Assembly (NCBI GenBank): GCA_965202585.1
Contig: OZ241832.1
Span: forward strand, 49,972,001 to 50,036,000
Direction: 5' to 3'
Origin: Thalia democratica
Taxonomy: Eukaryota
Length of the DNA: 64,000 bases
Part shown: piece after piece, positions 1 to 12,389 of the stretch
How the letters are laid out: each line of letters opens with the position of its first letter
Position numbering within the stretch: the first letter of the stretch is position 1
The notes under the pieces: generated by a model
The model's input: only the letters and a program-made list of their open reading frames with translations
What the model was told of the DNA's origin: nothing
Databases searched by the model: none
Program-made: the position numbers and the translations under genes

Positions 1-3000
1 CTATTAATGATTTGATGGGCAATAAAGACGACTTGTCTAGTTTCGACAATACTGAAAGGTTTGGTTTATTTTTACAGAAATTGAGATAAATAATTAAGAT
101 AGTTCTATTTTATTCAATAAAAAGTAAGTCATGGCAAAAGTAACTCTTTATTATACTAATTTTACAGAAAATAAACTTTTTTTTTTTGCAAGAACTCTAT
201 ACGGTTTATTATGGTCATTTATATTAAACTAACCTTTAGTTTAGATTTTAAGGACTCTTGTATGATCTGAAAGTATGTTTACAATACCAAACATTTATTT
301 AAAAAAAAATTTAAAATTTTTCAGTTGGTATAGACAGAGTCTAAAAATGCTCTAACTCTTGATGATGGAAAAATATTTTCAACTGTTATATATGATAAAT
401 TGATACTAGATTAATTATTCAAGATTTTTATATGCAAAACTAAGTTTTACCCTTTGAGGGATCTTCAGTTACAATATAAATTTGAAAAATAAAAGTAAAA
501 CAATACATGGAAGATACTATGAAGCAAAACAAAACAAATAAACTAGAAATTGTAAATTATGTTAGTTAGAAAACTAATCAAGAATTTGAATAGAATACTA
601 AATAAACACTATGGGTTTAGTCTGTTAAAAAACTGAATGTGAAACTGCTATATTAAAAAAAAATTAGTGGCTCAAAAGTTAAGGAATAAAGCAAAATGTT
701 TTAATCACAGCACAGACGGTAACACTTCTGCTTTGAGGTTGGAATTGTTGGAAGCTAAAAATTTTGTTTACGACGAGGGCCGATGGCTAATGGCTGATGT
801 TAGTTTCAAACATTTAAATAAAATATTTAGAAAACAGTACTTTTTTTAAAAACAGTAAAATTGTGTTTATATGGTGAAATTTGTGTTTTTATATTGTCGG
901 ATGCCTTGATTTCAGTTTCTAATTTATTACATCTTGTAATAAAAAACTTCCAATAGATTTTTAATCAAATCTATTTAAGCTAATAACATGGTTATAAAGC
1001 TTGTTGTTTCTTTTTTTTTTTAAATTCAAAGATTGCATAATAACAAATCTGTAAAAGGAAGTCAGTTTCAAGTGTTCTACTTTTTGTTACAGGACAGCCG
1101 AATGTACATTTGCAATGAGGAGATCGTTGTGAAAACCGACGACTTCACGTTTTCGCACGTCAGCATGCTGTACGAGAACACTTACAAAATTAAAAACAGA
1201 AGCAGAACCGTATCGGGTGTGTTTTCAACTGTTACTTTTGACAACTTTAGCTTGTACATTTTGAACGTGAGTGTTTTTGTCAAGCGTGAGGTGTGTTTTA
1301 TTGCTGGTCGTTGTAAAGTAAAAAAGATTACAAAAGTTATTTTGGGTAGTTTAACATAATTGAAACAATGCTTTACAGGCTAGAACCTAATATATGTATA
1401 TTTTAAATAATTTTGTTAATCAAAGTGTATAACAATTATACAATATAAAAGTTTAGCTTATGTTTGTGTAAAAAAAGTAAAATCAGTTTTATCTGTAGAT
1501 AACTAGTTTAGTTTTGCTATATTCTTTTAAAGTTGATACTGTATTCAACAATATGTTTGTAAGTTAAAATAATTTCTACAAGTTTCTCTAAAAACTTAAA
1601 AAAATATAAAACGAATACAAAACTATACATTATTTATGAAATTAAGGCTGTATGGGGTCCAACATTATTTTTTACAAAAACTAACATTAGACCTTACGTG
1701 AAAGCTAAAGATACTTTTTACAGAACAAAAGAATACTAATTAACCTTAGATATATCGTCAGTTGTGTAAAAAGTTTCCAATTCAAATGTATGGAGGAAAA
1801 AAATAATACTGCCGATGTTCTAGGAGTTTTAAAAAATCTACTAAATTTTATCATATCCTCATTTTTTAGTCGATAAGCTTAAAATATTCTGGAAATGTTC
1901 CTTACATTAAAACAAAAAACTCTGTTTATAACAATTAAAAAAAGAGTTAAAATTTAAGAATTTTACGACTTAATTTTTTTTTTTCGATAAAAAAATGTTT
2001 TTAGTCAAAATGAAATCTTTTACTAGAAACATGTATCATTAGTTAAGATTAAACTAAGCAAATTACAGGACCATTTCTTGAAAACTGTAGGAGCAGATAT
2101 ATTTTTTATGATATAGTCTTTTTTTTGTCTTTTTACTTTGGTCCTTACATAAAGAACCTACCGAGCTTTCCGACTTTGTACTCTTTTATCTCATAAACAA
2201 ATTTGAATTTTACAAAACGGTAAAAAACAACTGCTAGCTAAGTTGAAGATCTTTAAAATAATATTAAATATTTAAAAAGTGCCTTACCCTTTGTTTAAAA
2301 GCTCGCTAACTTCACTAATAAATTGAACGCTGGTTGTTTTATAAAGCTCTGAAACATTTTAATAAAACTTAATTTCACATACAAATGATTGTTTGTTGAT
2401 TACAGGAAGTTCCGACACGCACGGGGACGGCATACAAGTTGAAGTGGGGGAAAAATGCGAGAAGCACATTTACAAGGACGTTTTCTTCATATCGCTTTCG
2501 TACTGCGCCCACATGATGAACGTCATGCAGTCGATAATGAGCCCCATACAGCTGCCCCATAAGCTGCATCTCAAGTGAGTGTTTTGCATTTTCTCATGTT
2601 TTTAAAAAATTAATAGAGTTTAGTTTAAAAAGTGAGTATCTGAAGTTTATTTTATTATTAAAATGATTTACTTTCAGTTTGCCTTACATGATGAACCCCG
2701 TACAACTGCCTAATAAGCTCAGTATTGCCACAAGGTCAGGAAAAGTCAGGAAACAATGGGGATTTTGAAAAAAAGTCAGGAAAAGTCAGGAAATTTGACA
2801 ATATAAAAAAATCTGATTTTTCAGTTTAAATTTACAAAATTCTTTATTTTCCAAAGCCTCTAAATAAATGGTAAAAAATTAATTAAAAATTCATTAAAGT
2901 CAGACTAAATTGCAAAATTTTCCTAAAAATTTACAAAATTATTTAGTTTCCAATGCGTTCATCTGGTATAAATTAATAAAATATTATTTATAAAACTGCA

Positions 3001-6000
3001 AAATTTATCTGTTAACATATTGAACAACTTACCCTACTTGAACAAGCAGTTTTTGTAAGCTTTTTAGTATTGATGATCTGTAGCAAGGACACTTCCATAG
3101 TAAAACTGTGATATATACTCAAAAGTTTATCTAGCATAATTTTAGAAATCAAAGTGTTTTTTGTTTAAGTAAATAATTGAGGCAACAAAATTGGAGGTAA
3201 AAATAAATGAGTGCAAATATCCTGGTAAATAACTTTCAACACCACCTAAATTCTAAAGGTAAGTAAGTATACCTACTAAGTTTAATTTTACACAATTTTT
3301 TTTAATTAGATAAAACAACCAGCTGTGCTTTTTAATTTTTCAAAAAACACCATTTTACAGACAAGATTTGCATATTTTTTGTGATTATGACTTCATAGTA
3401 CATCAAAAGCAGTTGAATTGTCTTTAAGTGTATGTCCTTAAGTATAAGCTTTCATTTAAGGTATAAATTTATAAGTCTATGACATGTATAAGTGACTTAA
3501 TTACTATTTATGTCAAAAAAACTAAAATATGTAATTTTTGGGTTCAAATCAGTTTTTTCGGGTGCAAGATTGTTTTTTTTTTGCAATACATATTTATTGT
3601 TATCAAATTCTTCTTAATGGAGCTAAATCACATTCGAATCATATGTTTAAATGTAAATTTTACAATATGACCAAAAATTTGCTGTACTTCCTACCCCTAG
3701 TACTATTTTCAATATTTCCATTTGCACATCTAGCAATTTTAACTATGAAACAGTTTGCTTGTTAACTTATAATGATTATTAGAGTATCCATCGTTTATTC
3801 ATGGTTAAAAAATACTTTAGTTCAAATCCTTTTTGCTAATTTATAGATTTTCAAAATTTTTGGATTTAAGATAGTCAATCTTCAAGAGTTTAATTATAAC
3901 TTTTGTATACAAACCAAAAAAAATAATTCATCAATTTATTATAGCTGTAAAATTGTTTAATCTGCATAAATATATGATAAAATAATATAATTATAAAATA
4001 TTTTCTTAAGTTTAGATAAAAACACTATAAATTGTATTTTTAAACGTAAGAGTAATTTTTTGTACAAATATATCACTATCAAAACTGTTTTATATTTAAT
4101 TTTTTTTTGTAGTAAATAATTTAAACACTATTTGATTTATGAAATACAAAACTAGGTTTTTGTAGGTTTATCGTCAACTTTTAATGGTTGTGCTATTTAA
4201 AACAAACCAGTGTAACTGTCTAAACCAGGGGTCGGCAAACTGCGGCCCGCGGGCCACTTTAAAACTTTTATTCAACTAGTTTAATATACTAATATTTTCG
4301 AAAACACAAAAATAAAATTTTAGTGTTATATTTAAAGGATATTCTATCGCCTAAATTTTTTTGTTCAAAAAAAATGTCTTTAAATATTTTATTTAAAGCA
4401 CATAAAAAAACGGTCCTTTTTGACCTGCCGACCCCTCTAAACCTCTTTTTTTGAAACTGAATAGTCAGCATCTAATAGGTTTTCGAGATTAAAAACAAGT
4501 TAAGCTATTTGACACTACTAATACCATGGTTTCTCAAACTAATTTTTATATTTCCCCACTTAGCAGAAGTTTAACAAATAATTACCCCTTTACTGGTGAT
4601 TTGCCAATTTACTTTTATACCCCCTTACTCGAGATTGCCTCCCGAAAGTCGAGCATCGCCTACTTTGGGGAAGCCTGGTTAATATCAAAGCAACCTTTAA
4701 CAACATTTGTCACTTGGCGTATCCAACATTCTATTTATTTTCACAGGACTCTACTTATTTTTATAGGACATGCTACTTATTTTAATAGAACATTCTACTT
4801 TTTTTCACAGAATATTCTACTCTTTTTCACAGGACGTTCTACTTATTTTCACTGGATATTCTACTTATTTTAACAGGACATTCTACTTATTTTAACAATT
4901 TACGAGGACATTCTACTTATTTTCAAAGGGTAACCTACTTATTTTCACAGGAAATTCTACTTATTTTAACAGGACATTCTACTTATTTTCACAGGGTATT
5001 TTATTTATTTTCACAGGACATTCTATTTATTTTCACAGGACATTCTATTTATTTTCACAGGACATTCTACTTATTTTCAAAGGACATTCTACTTATTTTC
5101 ACAGGACATTCTACTTATTTTCACAGGACATTCTACTTATTTTCACAGGACATTCTACTTATTTTCACAGGACATTCTACTTATTTTCACAGAACATTCT
5201 ACTTATTTTCACAGGACATTCTACTTATTTTAACAGGACATTCTACTTAGTTTAACAGGACATTCTACTTATTTTAACAGGACATTCTACTTATTTTAAC
5301 AGGACATTCTACTTATTTTAACAGGACATTCTACTTATTTTAACAATTTACGAGGACATTCTACTTATTTTCAAAGGGTAACCTACTTATTTTCACAGGA
5401 AATTCTACTTATTTTAACAGGACATTCTACTTATTTTCACAGGGTATTCTATTTATTTTCACAGGACATTCTACTTATTTTCACAGGACATTCTACTTAT
5501 TTTCACAGGACATTCTACTTATTTTAACAGGACATTCTACTTATTTTAACAGGACATTCTACTTATTTTCAAAGGACATTCTACTTATTTTAACAGGACA
5601 TTCTACTTATTTTCACAGGAAATTCTACTTATTTTCACAGGACATTCAACTTATTTTAACAGGACATTCTACTTATTTTCACAGGACATTCTACTTATTT
5701 TCAAAGGACATTCTACTTATTTTAACAGGACATTCTACTTATTTTCACAGGACATTCTACTTATTTTCACAGGACATTCTACTTATTTTAACAGGACATT
5801 CTACTTATTTTAACAGGACATTCTACTTATTTTAACAGGACATTCTACTTATTTTCACAGGACATTCTACTTATTTTCACAGGACATTCTACTTATTTTC
5901 ACAGGACATTCTACTTATTTTCAAAGGACATTCTACTTATTTTAACAGGACATTCTACTTATTTTCACAGGACATTCTACTTATTTTAACAGGACATTCT

Positions 6001-8808
6001 ACTTATTTTAACAGGACATTCTACTTAGTTTAACAGGACATTCTACTTATTTTAACAGGACATTCTACTTATTTTAACAGGACATTCTACTTATTTTAAC
6101 AGGACATTCTACTTATTTTCACAGGACATTCTACTTATTTTAACAGGACATTCTACTTAGTTTAACAGGACATTCTACTTATTTTAACAGGACATTCTAC
6201 TTATTTTAACAGGACATTCTACTTATTTTAACAGGACATTCTACTTATTTTCACAGGATATTCTACGAGCACGGCATGTCGGAGAGCGCGTTCACCGCCT
6301 ACTACAAGCTGCTGATCGGCAACATCTGCGCGCTGTGCATGCAGCAGAAGGTCAACGTGACCTCGCCCCACAGGTTCCTCACCAACATGCGTATGCTGGT
6401 GGACAAGATATGCGAGGAGGGATGCTCGTTAGTTATTTCACTCATCAAAGTATTTTAACATAATACGGATGCTCGTTAGTTATTTCAATCATCAAAGTAT
6501 TTTAACATAATACGGATGCTCGTTAGTTATTTCACTCATCAAAGTATTTTAACATAATACGGATGCTCGTTAGTTATTTCACTCATCAAAGTATTTTAAC
6601 ATAATACGGATGCTCGTTAGTTATTTGTTTTCACTCATTAAAGTATTTTAACATAATACGGATGCTCGTTAGTTATTTGTTTTCACTCATCAAAGTATTT
6701 TAACATAATACGGATGCTCGTTAGTACGATCATTTGTTTTCACTTGTGGCTACTAGTTTCTGCATTAAAACTTACTGGTATGATTTTTGTACGTATCTGA
6801 TCTTTTGATGTTTAAAGAGTAAACTACTTAAAAGTTTCTTTACCGTACTTTAAATGGTTTAAATCAAAGTTACGTGTAGCTTGCAAAATATTTATAAATT
6901 TGTACTTGTAATACCCTCTCTAGCAACTTTACATTTGTGTATGTTTAAACTGTAGAACAGAGTTTCTGTTATCTTTTTACTGTAAAATTTATTAGTGTTT
7001 ATAAACAGGGTTAAACTCAATTTTTTTTTTATATGAAGTTAAATTTATGTTAATTTTTCAGTCATGTAATTTATTTAAATTTTTTTAGATCAGGTCCGCA
7101 CAAATACCCGCAAGAGAAGATCGATCAGTGGGAATCGGATTTGAAGTTTCACGAAATAAATGCGGATGACTTGATTTACAACTTCGAAGAAGACGATGAC
7201 GAATCCAGTGGCATTTCGCTCAGAGGGTGGGCGGTCTTCGAATCAGACAAAGACTTCAGACTGTTAGTTCGAACGTTTTTAGTAGATAAAACTTATTTGG
7301 AGTAATAATTTAGAATGCTTTGTTTTTTCATATAATTCCTGCTGCTATCTTATTTTTTTATACTAAAGTTTTATACTTATAAACTGCAATCATTGATAAC
7401 GCATCTTCTAGTTTTCAAAATATCCCAACACAAAGTATCAATTGAACTGTTTTGTAAAACGTTTTATTAATAAATTAGAACATAATTTGTTTATTGCTTC
7501 AAAAGTTAAATAACTATTGATGAGTTGCTTAATCTCACTAAAAAAGTACTTTTTGCAGTTTACTTTTGCAAGATTTACAATTTAAATCAATTTGATTTTT
7601 TACCCTTTTTAACATCTCAATAATAATAAGAACTTTGAGAGTTAAACTTGTCTTGAGGTTAAGTATGCAGTGCTACTTTTACTAATGTGTTTTTTTTATA
7701 AGTAAAGTATTATAAAGTTTAATTAACTAAATACATATTTTCAACAAAAATGAAAACTTAAACTATAGTCCAATTAAGTTTGAAATTATAAGCTTGGTTG
7801 AAATTTGAGTGATGAAAAAACTTATGACTAAGTTAAAAGGTATCCAGTTAAAATTAAGAAAGTTACAAGTTAGTGGGTTAAAATTTTAATTACGTTTGAT
7901 TAAGACTAAACTAAATGTTTGAAACTGTTTTTTATTTGTATACATATATTTCATATTTGATATTATTAGGGGTTAGACCAATAGCTTTAGAAGTAAATTT
8001 ATTGTGAATAGAAAGTACATAAAATCAAAAAAGTTGAAATTTTAAGCAATTTTTAGAGCTTAATAATATTTTTATTAAAGGCGCAAACAAAAAACCCAAA
8101 AAATTGTACTTGTGTAAAATGTTTTTTGCTGTTCCAAATTGATTTTTATTTAGAATTTAATTTCAACTATGTATTATTGTTTAGTTTAGTTTTTTTTGAA
8201 TAGGTTTTTAAAATTGATTCGCATAAATTATTTTTTTTTTGTTCAAAAAATATTTAATACAGTTTGCCATCTCTCAGAACTCAATGTATTAAACTAACTT
8301 AAAACTTGGTAAATTCGCCCTTTTACGGCAAAATACATTTATTATAAAACTTCACTTTTAATATTTTTAATATTAATCGTACAATGGAGCAGTAGCCTTC
8401 ACGATGTACTCCTGTGTACAGTAGTGTGTATAGAAATTAGTTTACTGTGCATAAAACAAAATCAATGTGAAGTAATGTTTTTTACTGGCTATTGTTTTGT
8501 CTTTTTCTAATTAAACAAGATAATTTTAAAATAAGTGATGAGTACTTAAAGAAGTATTAAGGTGAAAAAGTTCGTTCCTTATACTTTTTGTAGCCTTGTG
8601 TTCACAACTTCTGAAAATGACCACTACACATAAATAATAGAATTTATGCGTTCAACTTCCGTTTAACTGAATATTATTCAGATTGAGTCCACCAACGTCG
8701 CTATACAGCAGAAACATGGATCAATCGACCAGCATCGTGTCTTCAGCTCTTTCTACATTGTCCTACCTCGGCAAGATGATGATGTTTTCCAACAATAACG
8801 AGCAATAA
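1..8808 (+). CDS. 3' part of an unidentified multi-exon protein-coding gene. Exons <1-58, 711-798, 1093-1216, 2406-2574, (2678-2734 optional), 6257-6427, 7089-7262, 8682-8808 (TAA)
   Basis: All introns are GT-AG and the phases chain correctly (2,0,1,2,2,2) into one open frame: ..INDLMGNKDDLSSFDNTESTDGNTSALRLELLEAKNFVYDEGRWLMADDSRMYICNEEIVVKTDDFTFSHVSMLYENTYKIKNRSRTVSGSSDTHGDGIQVEVGEKCEKHIYKDVFFISLSYCAHMMNVMQSIMSPIQLPHKLHLKIFYEHGMSESAFTAYYKLLIGNICALCMQQKVNVTSPHRFLTNMRMLVDKICEEGCSSGPHKYPQEKIDQWESDLKFHEINADDLIYNFEEDDDESSGISLRGWAVFESDKDFRLLLSPPTSLYSRNMDQSTSIVSSALSTLSYLGKMMMFSNNNEQ*. Exons are GC-richer islands in AT-rich introns. Protein family not recognised. Confidence 0.85.
2678..2734 (+). CDS. 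Candidate 57-nt frame-preserving cassette exon, (N)LPYMMNPVQLPNKLSIAT(R), resembling the end of the preceding exon
   Basis: TTTACTTTCAG acceptor at 2677 and AAG|GTCAGG donor at 2735. Phase 2-2, open in the gene's frame. The peptide resembles IMSPIQLPHKL of exon 2406-2574. Its last ~16 nt overlap the apparent start of a repeat element. Confidence 0.4.
2719..2860. mobile_element. End of a non-autonomous DNA-transposon-like repeat (CAGGGTTGCCAC-like terminus, GTCAGGAAAA subrepeats)
   Basis: CAGTATTGCCAC followed by four GTCAGGAAA motifs. Similar termini occur at 49115 (CAGGGTTACCA), ~54150-54163 (GTGGCAACCCTG) and ~54361-54374 (GTAGCAACTCTG). The other end was not found. Confidence 0.4.
4226..4436. 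mobile_element. hAT-type MITE
   Basis: Left terminus CAGGGGTCGGCAAACTGCGGCCCGCGGGCC and right terminus CTGCCGACCCCT are inverted copies. Flanks GTCTAAAC / (T)CTAAAC look like a partly eroded 8-bp TSD. Confidence 0.7.
4525..4677. mobile_element. Short hAT-type MITE related to the elements at 10318 and 48625
   Basis: Termini CATGGTTTCTCAAA ... TTTGGGGAAGCCTG. Flanks ACTAATAC / GTTAATAT form a degenerate 8-bp TSD (5/8). Confidence 0.55.
4728..6266 (+). repeat. 22-bp minisatellite, ~70 copies, unit ACAGGACATTCTACTTATTTT(C/A). The last unit is the real 3' splice site of exon 6257
   Basis: Period 22 read directly (ACAGG at 5101, 5123, 5145). The terminal copy TTATTTTCACAG|GATATTCTAC runs into coding sequence. 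A longer variant block (TTTAACAATTTACGAGG...GGGTAACCTAC...GGAAATTC) occurs twice, near 4890 and 5340, showing a higher-order duplication. Confidence 0.97.
6420..6725 (+). repeat. 47/52-bp tandem repeat (4x47, 2x52, plus a terminal partial unit). Each unit begins with the exon's donor GGATGCTC|GTTAGT
   Basis: GGATGCTCGTTAGT at 6420, 6467, 6514, 6561, 6608, 6660 and 6712. The first copy overlaps the coding exon end at 6427. Confidence 0.96.
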
Positions 8809-10317
8809 CTAATGAATAGTTTTCAAACTTTAGTAACTTAAAAATATCAGTTTAAACTGTGCTCTTTGTTCAGGCGCTTTAAAGTCCTAGTTATGGTGTA
8901 AGCCAATTCAAAAACCAATAATCAATAATATTCACTTAAAAAAGTTTATAGTTTTATTAAGTATAATTAAAAACTTCAAACTCTGCTTGATTCTAAAGAC
9001 TGTTTCATATTTGAATTGTAGTTTATTTTTTAGCAAGTGTTAAATCACAACATAAAAGCCTTTTATTTTTCAATATACTTCTTCCAATAATTAAGGGGTG
9101 AGAAAATAATTTTGTTAAGGAAGAATATAGATTTATACCACTATCAAATAAAGGTACAGTTTTTTAGATCAGCTATTTACTAACCTTTTTTATTTATTAA
9201 ACCAATTTTATTGCAGTTAAAAACTAATAACAGCTTACCGACAAAAATATATCATTTATTCTTTAGAAGTAAACAAATTTTTCTACATTAAAAAAAATTT
9301 TTTTTCTATTACTTTTATAAGGAGTATAAAGTTAAATCAATAGTTCAAAACTAAAAAAGTTTTTTACTGCCTTAGCCAAATAAGAATTTACTTTTTCTTT
9401 ATCTTTAAAATGATCATATTTATAACAAATAACTTTTTACTTATTTTTAATTTAAGGGCTTTATTATTTTTCACTTTTTAATATTTTGCACTTAAACCAA
9501 GATTTTTTGTATAAATTTGGGCTGCATCTTTCAAATCAAAATTATGTTTTAACTAAGTTAAAATTTATATAACAAAAGTAAGCTTTAATTAAATTAATTT
9601 TTTTCTCAAAAAATTTTTAGCATGTTTTTTTGTTAGCTGTCTTCTTTTTTCTTTGTACATTTTAACTTCAGGTACTTTTTTTGTCCATATTTTACTATGG
9701 ACCATCATTTATATAATTTTGTCCTTTATATAAAATGCAATAAAATATAGTTCTTATAATATCTTATTAAGAACAACAGTTTTTGTAACAACAGTTTTGA
9801 ATAAAATGAAGCATTTCATTTTTTCTAAAAACTCACTACATTTACTCTCACAAAAAATAACTTTTAAGATATTTATGTTTTTCTAGTTTTTTCTATTCAT
9901 ATTCGTAAATGTACTTACTTAAATTTCAACATTAAATTATTATCTTATCAAAAATTTAAGCTTTTTGAACATATCCAAGCACCATGTTTTAATCAGAGTA
10001 CAAGTGAAGCTTATAGAACTAACTAGTTGGTAAACAGATTTGACAAACTGTTTTCACCTAAAATGCATCGCCTACATGTCATGTGGCAATCAATTTTAAA
10101 AGGAATTTATCAATCTAAAATAGTTACTTTATTCTTAATTCCAACTTACTAAGTTAGATCACGGTCAATATATTTTTTTGTGTTTTTTCTTCTTATAGAA
10201 GTAAAAATACTAAAATCACTAATTGTAGTTTACAATGACTATATAATTGCATTTAATCTTTTAAAACGTTATATTGTTTTTTTTCAAACAAAAGTATTTA
10301 AAAAGTTCTGTTTAAAC

Positions 10318-12271
10318 AAGGGTTTCCTAAATTCATTTACTAAATCGCCCCCTATTCATAAATAAAAAAAAAAAATTCCCCCCTCCCCTCCCATGATATT
10401 ATACAGTAATTTTTCTCTTGAGTACGCACTTTTGAGTTTTAAAAATTGTGTTTGAAATATAATTTAGACTGGTACTTTTTAGGAATGCACTTTTTGGCTG
10501 TGTTCAAAGTAATTTAAAGGGTTTGAGAAAATAATTTGCAGTTATTTTATTGTAAGCTTGGTAAAGTGTTTTAAAATACTTAATTATTAAAAAGCCTTTT
10601 GTATTCTGTAATAAATTCTGTTTAAATATGAATTGTTTTGAAACTAATGAACCGTTTAGGTTAGTGGTGGACAGATTTTTTAGTAGTAGGTCAGATTTAC
10701 TAAAAAATTATTTATCGTGTCGACTTGTTAAAAAAATGTACTGGGGTGCTGCTTAATTTAAAATCTAACATATAGTAAATTTTAAAAACTCGAGCAAAAT
10801 TGTAATAAAATTATTAGTATTAGTGTAATAAAGTGCTATTGGGAACTGAAAACCAAATTGAAAGCGCATTTCAAAATATCAAGTATCAAAAAAACTAAAT
10901 TTTATTTGTTTTGCACAAGTAGTTTTCAAGTTACTTAGTCGGCCGAAATTTGACTGGACCGTACGTTACCCATCTGAAATCTTAACTGAAACCTGACATT
11001 ATAATAATCTCTGATGTAACGAGCTTCGCACATTTAGTAGTTAATGCTAAGTAACTAGTGGCTCAATATACTTTAATTATTGTGATTATCAAATACTTAT
11101 AATAGCAACTAATTTGCATATACACTACCTAGAAATGGATCAAAATTGCACGAGGTTATTAAACTGCACAAGGTTATTAAATTGCGCGAGGTTATTAAAT
11201 TGCGCGAGGAGACTAAATTGCACGAGAACAAAATTGCACGAGGATAAATTTGCACGAGGGTACAAAACTGCACGAGGGAACAAAATTGCATGAAGACAAT
11301 TTTGCACCATGGGTCAGTTTTGCACGAGTTACATTTTTGCAGTAGAGTAAAAAAAAAACAGAAAAACAAAAATAAAAAAAAGGTACCGACCGAGGGTTTG
11401 GGGTAACAGTGATAAAAAAAATAATGATTAAAAAAAAAAGTTACCGACTGAGGGTTAAGAGTAGAAGTGATAGCAGAAAAAAAAACTAAAAAAAAAGATA
11501 TAAACAAATAAAAATTTAATTTATGCAAAAAAGTCTCCGTGCAAAAGTGTCTTCATGCAATTTTGTGCACTCGTGCAATTTTGTACGTTCGTGAAAATTG
11601 GACAGCTACCCACACTACCTATACTTAAAATATTTAACTACCATGTGAGTACGTGATAATTAAAATACACTTTTTTTAATTTTGTAGTGCAAACTCAAAA
11701 ACAAAATATTGATTTTAAAAAATAACTTACAAAATATAACTTAATTAATAACAATTACTTTTTTATTCTATAGAAAAATTTACTTAAATATGTTTTTTCT
11801 TTTAGTCTAACTAAGTGACTTTTCAAAAAACAATTGGAAATATCAAGAGGTGATAGTTTAAAATAGATAACATAGATTTTTTTAAACAATTTATGATCCC
11901 AAATAGCATATATGCCAGGTTATGAAATGGTGAGAGGGGTTCTATTCATCTATGACTTATGTAGTTGTTAAATGAAAAAAAGATAGGAATAAAAATATAC
12001 ATTTTATTTGAAAATAGTAGTCCTAAGCACTAAATTTTTTTCTGTATTTTACGTAAACAAAATGGACTTTTTTTTAAAGTTCTTATTTCCTTAGGGTCAA
12101 ATATTCAATAACAAGCTACAATTAGTTTAAAAATTACCTACAATTTAGAAAGTAAAAATTTTATAACTGCCTAAAATTTTGAAATCGCCCCCCACCCCTT
12201 TACTAGTTATTGCCCTCGACTTACTAAAATTGCCCCCAGGGGGACGGTACCGCCCACTTTGGGAAATCCTT
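10318..12271 (-). mobile_element. Non-autonomous hAT (Buster/Charlie-like) element, inverted relative to the copy at 48625, with a nested insertion
   Basis: TIRs AAGGGTTTCCTAAA / TTTGGGAAATCCTT. 8-bp TSD GTTTAAAC (10310-10317, 12272-12279) with central TA. Internal segments (10920-11000, 11810-11970, 12180-12271) match the reverse complement of parts of 48625-51363. Confidence 0.85.
11131..11611. mobile_element. Mutator-like non-autonomous element nested in the hAT element
   Basis: Perfect 9-bp TSD ACACTACCT (11122-11130, 11612-11620). Both ends are built of inverted arrays of AAATTGCACGAG-like subrepeats. Confidence 0.75.
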
Positions 12272-12389
12272 GTTTAAACCATTATAACTGTGAAACAATT
12301 AGAAAAACAAAACGTCTTTGATATTTCAAACTGAAATTAAAGATATAAAAAGAAAGAACTACGAAGAAAATTAAACTATCAATTTAAAC

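Noticed and set aside
4526-4873. 115-aa + strand ORF
   Set aside because: It runs through a MITE and into the minisatellite. The peptide is a translation of repeats.
4728-6725. CRISPR-like interpretation of the 22-bp and 47-bp arrays
   Set aside because: The units abut with no unique spacers, there are no cas genes, and the context is a spliceosomal-intron eukaryotic gene.
11109-11528. 139-aa - strand ORF (and the 67-aa ORF at 14341-14544)
   Set aside because: Both lie in TIR subrepeat arrays of non-autonomous transposons. They are low-complexity with no transposase motifs.
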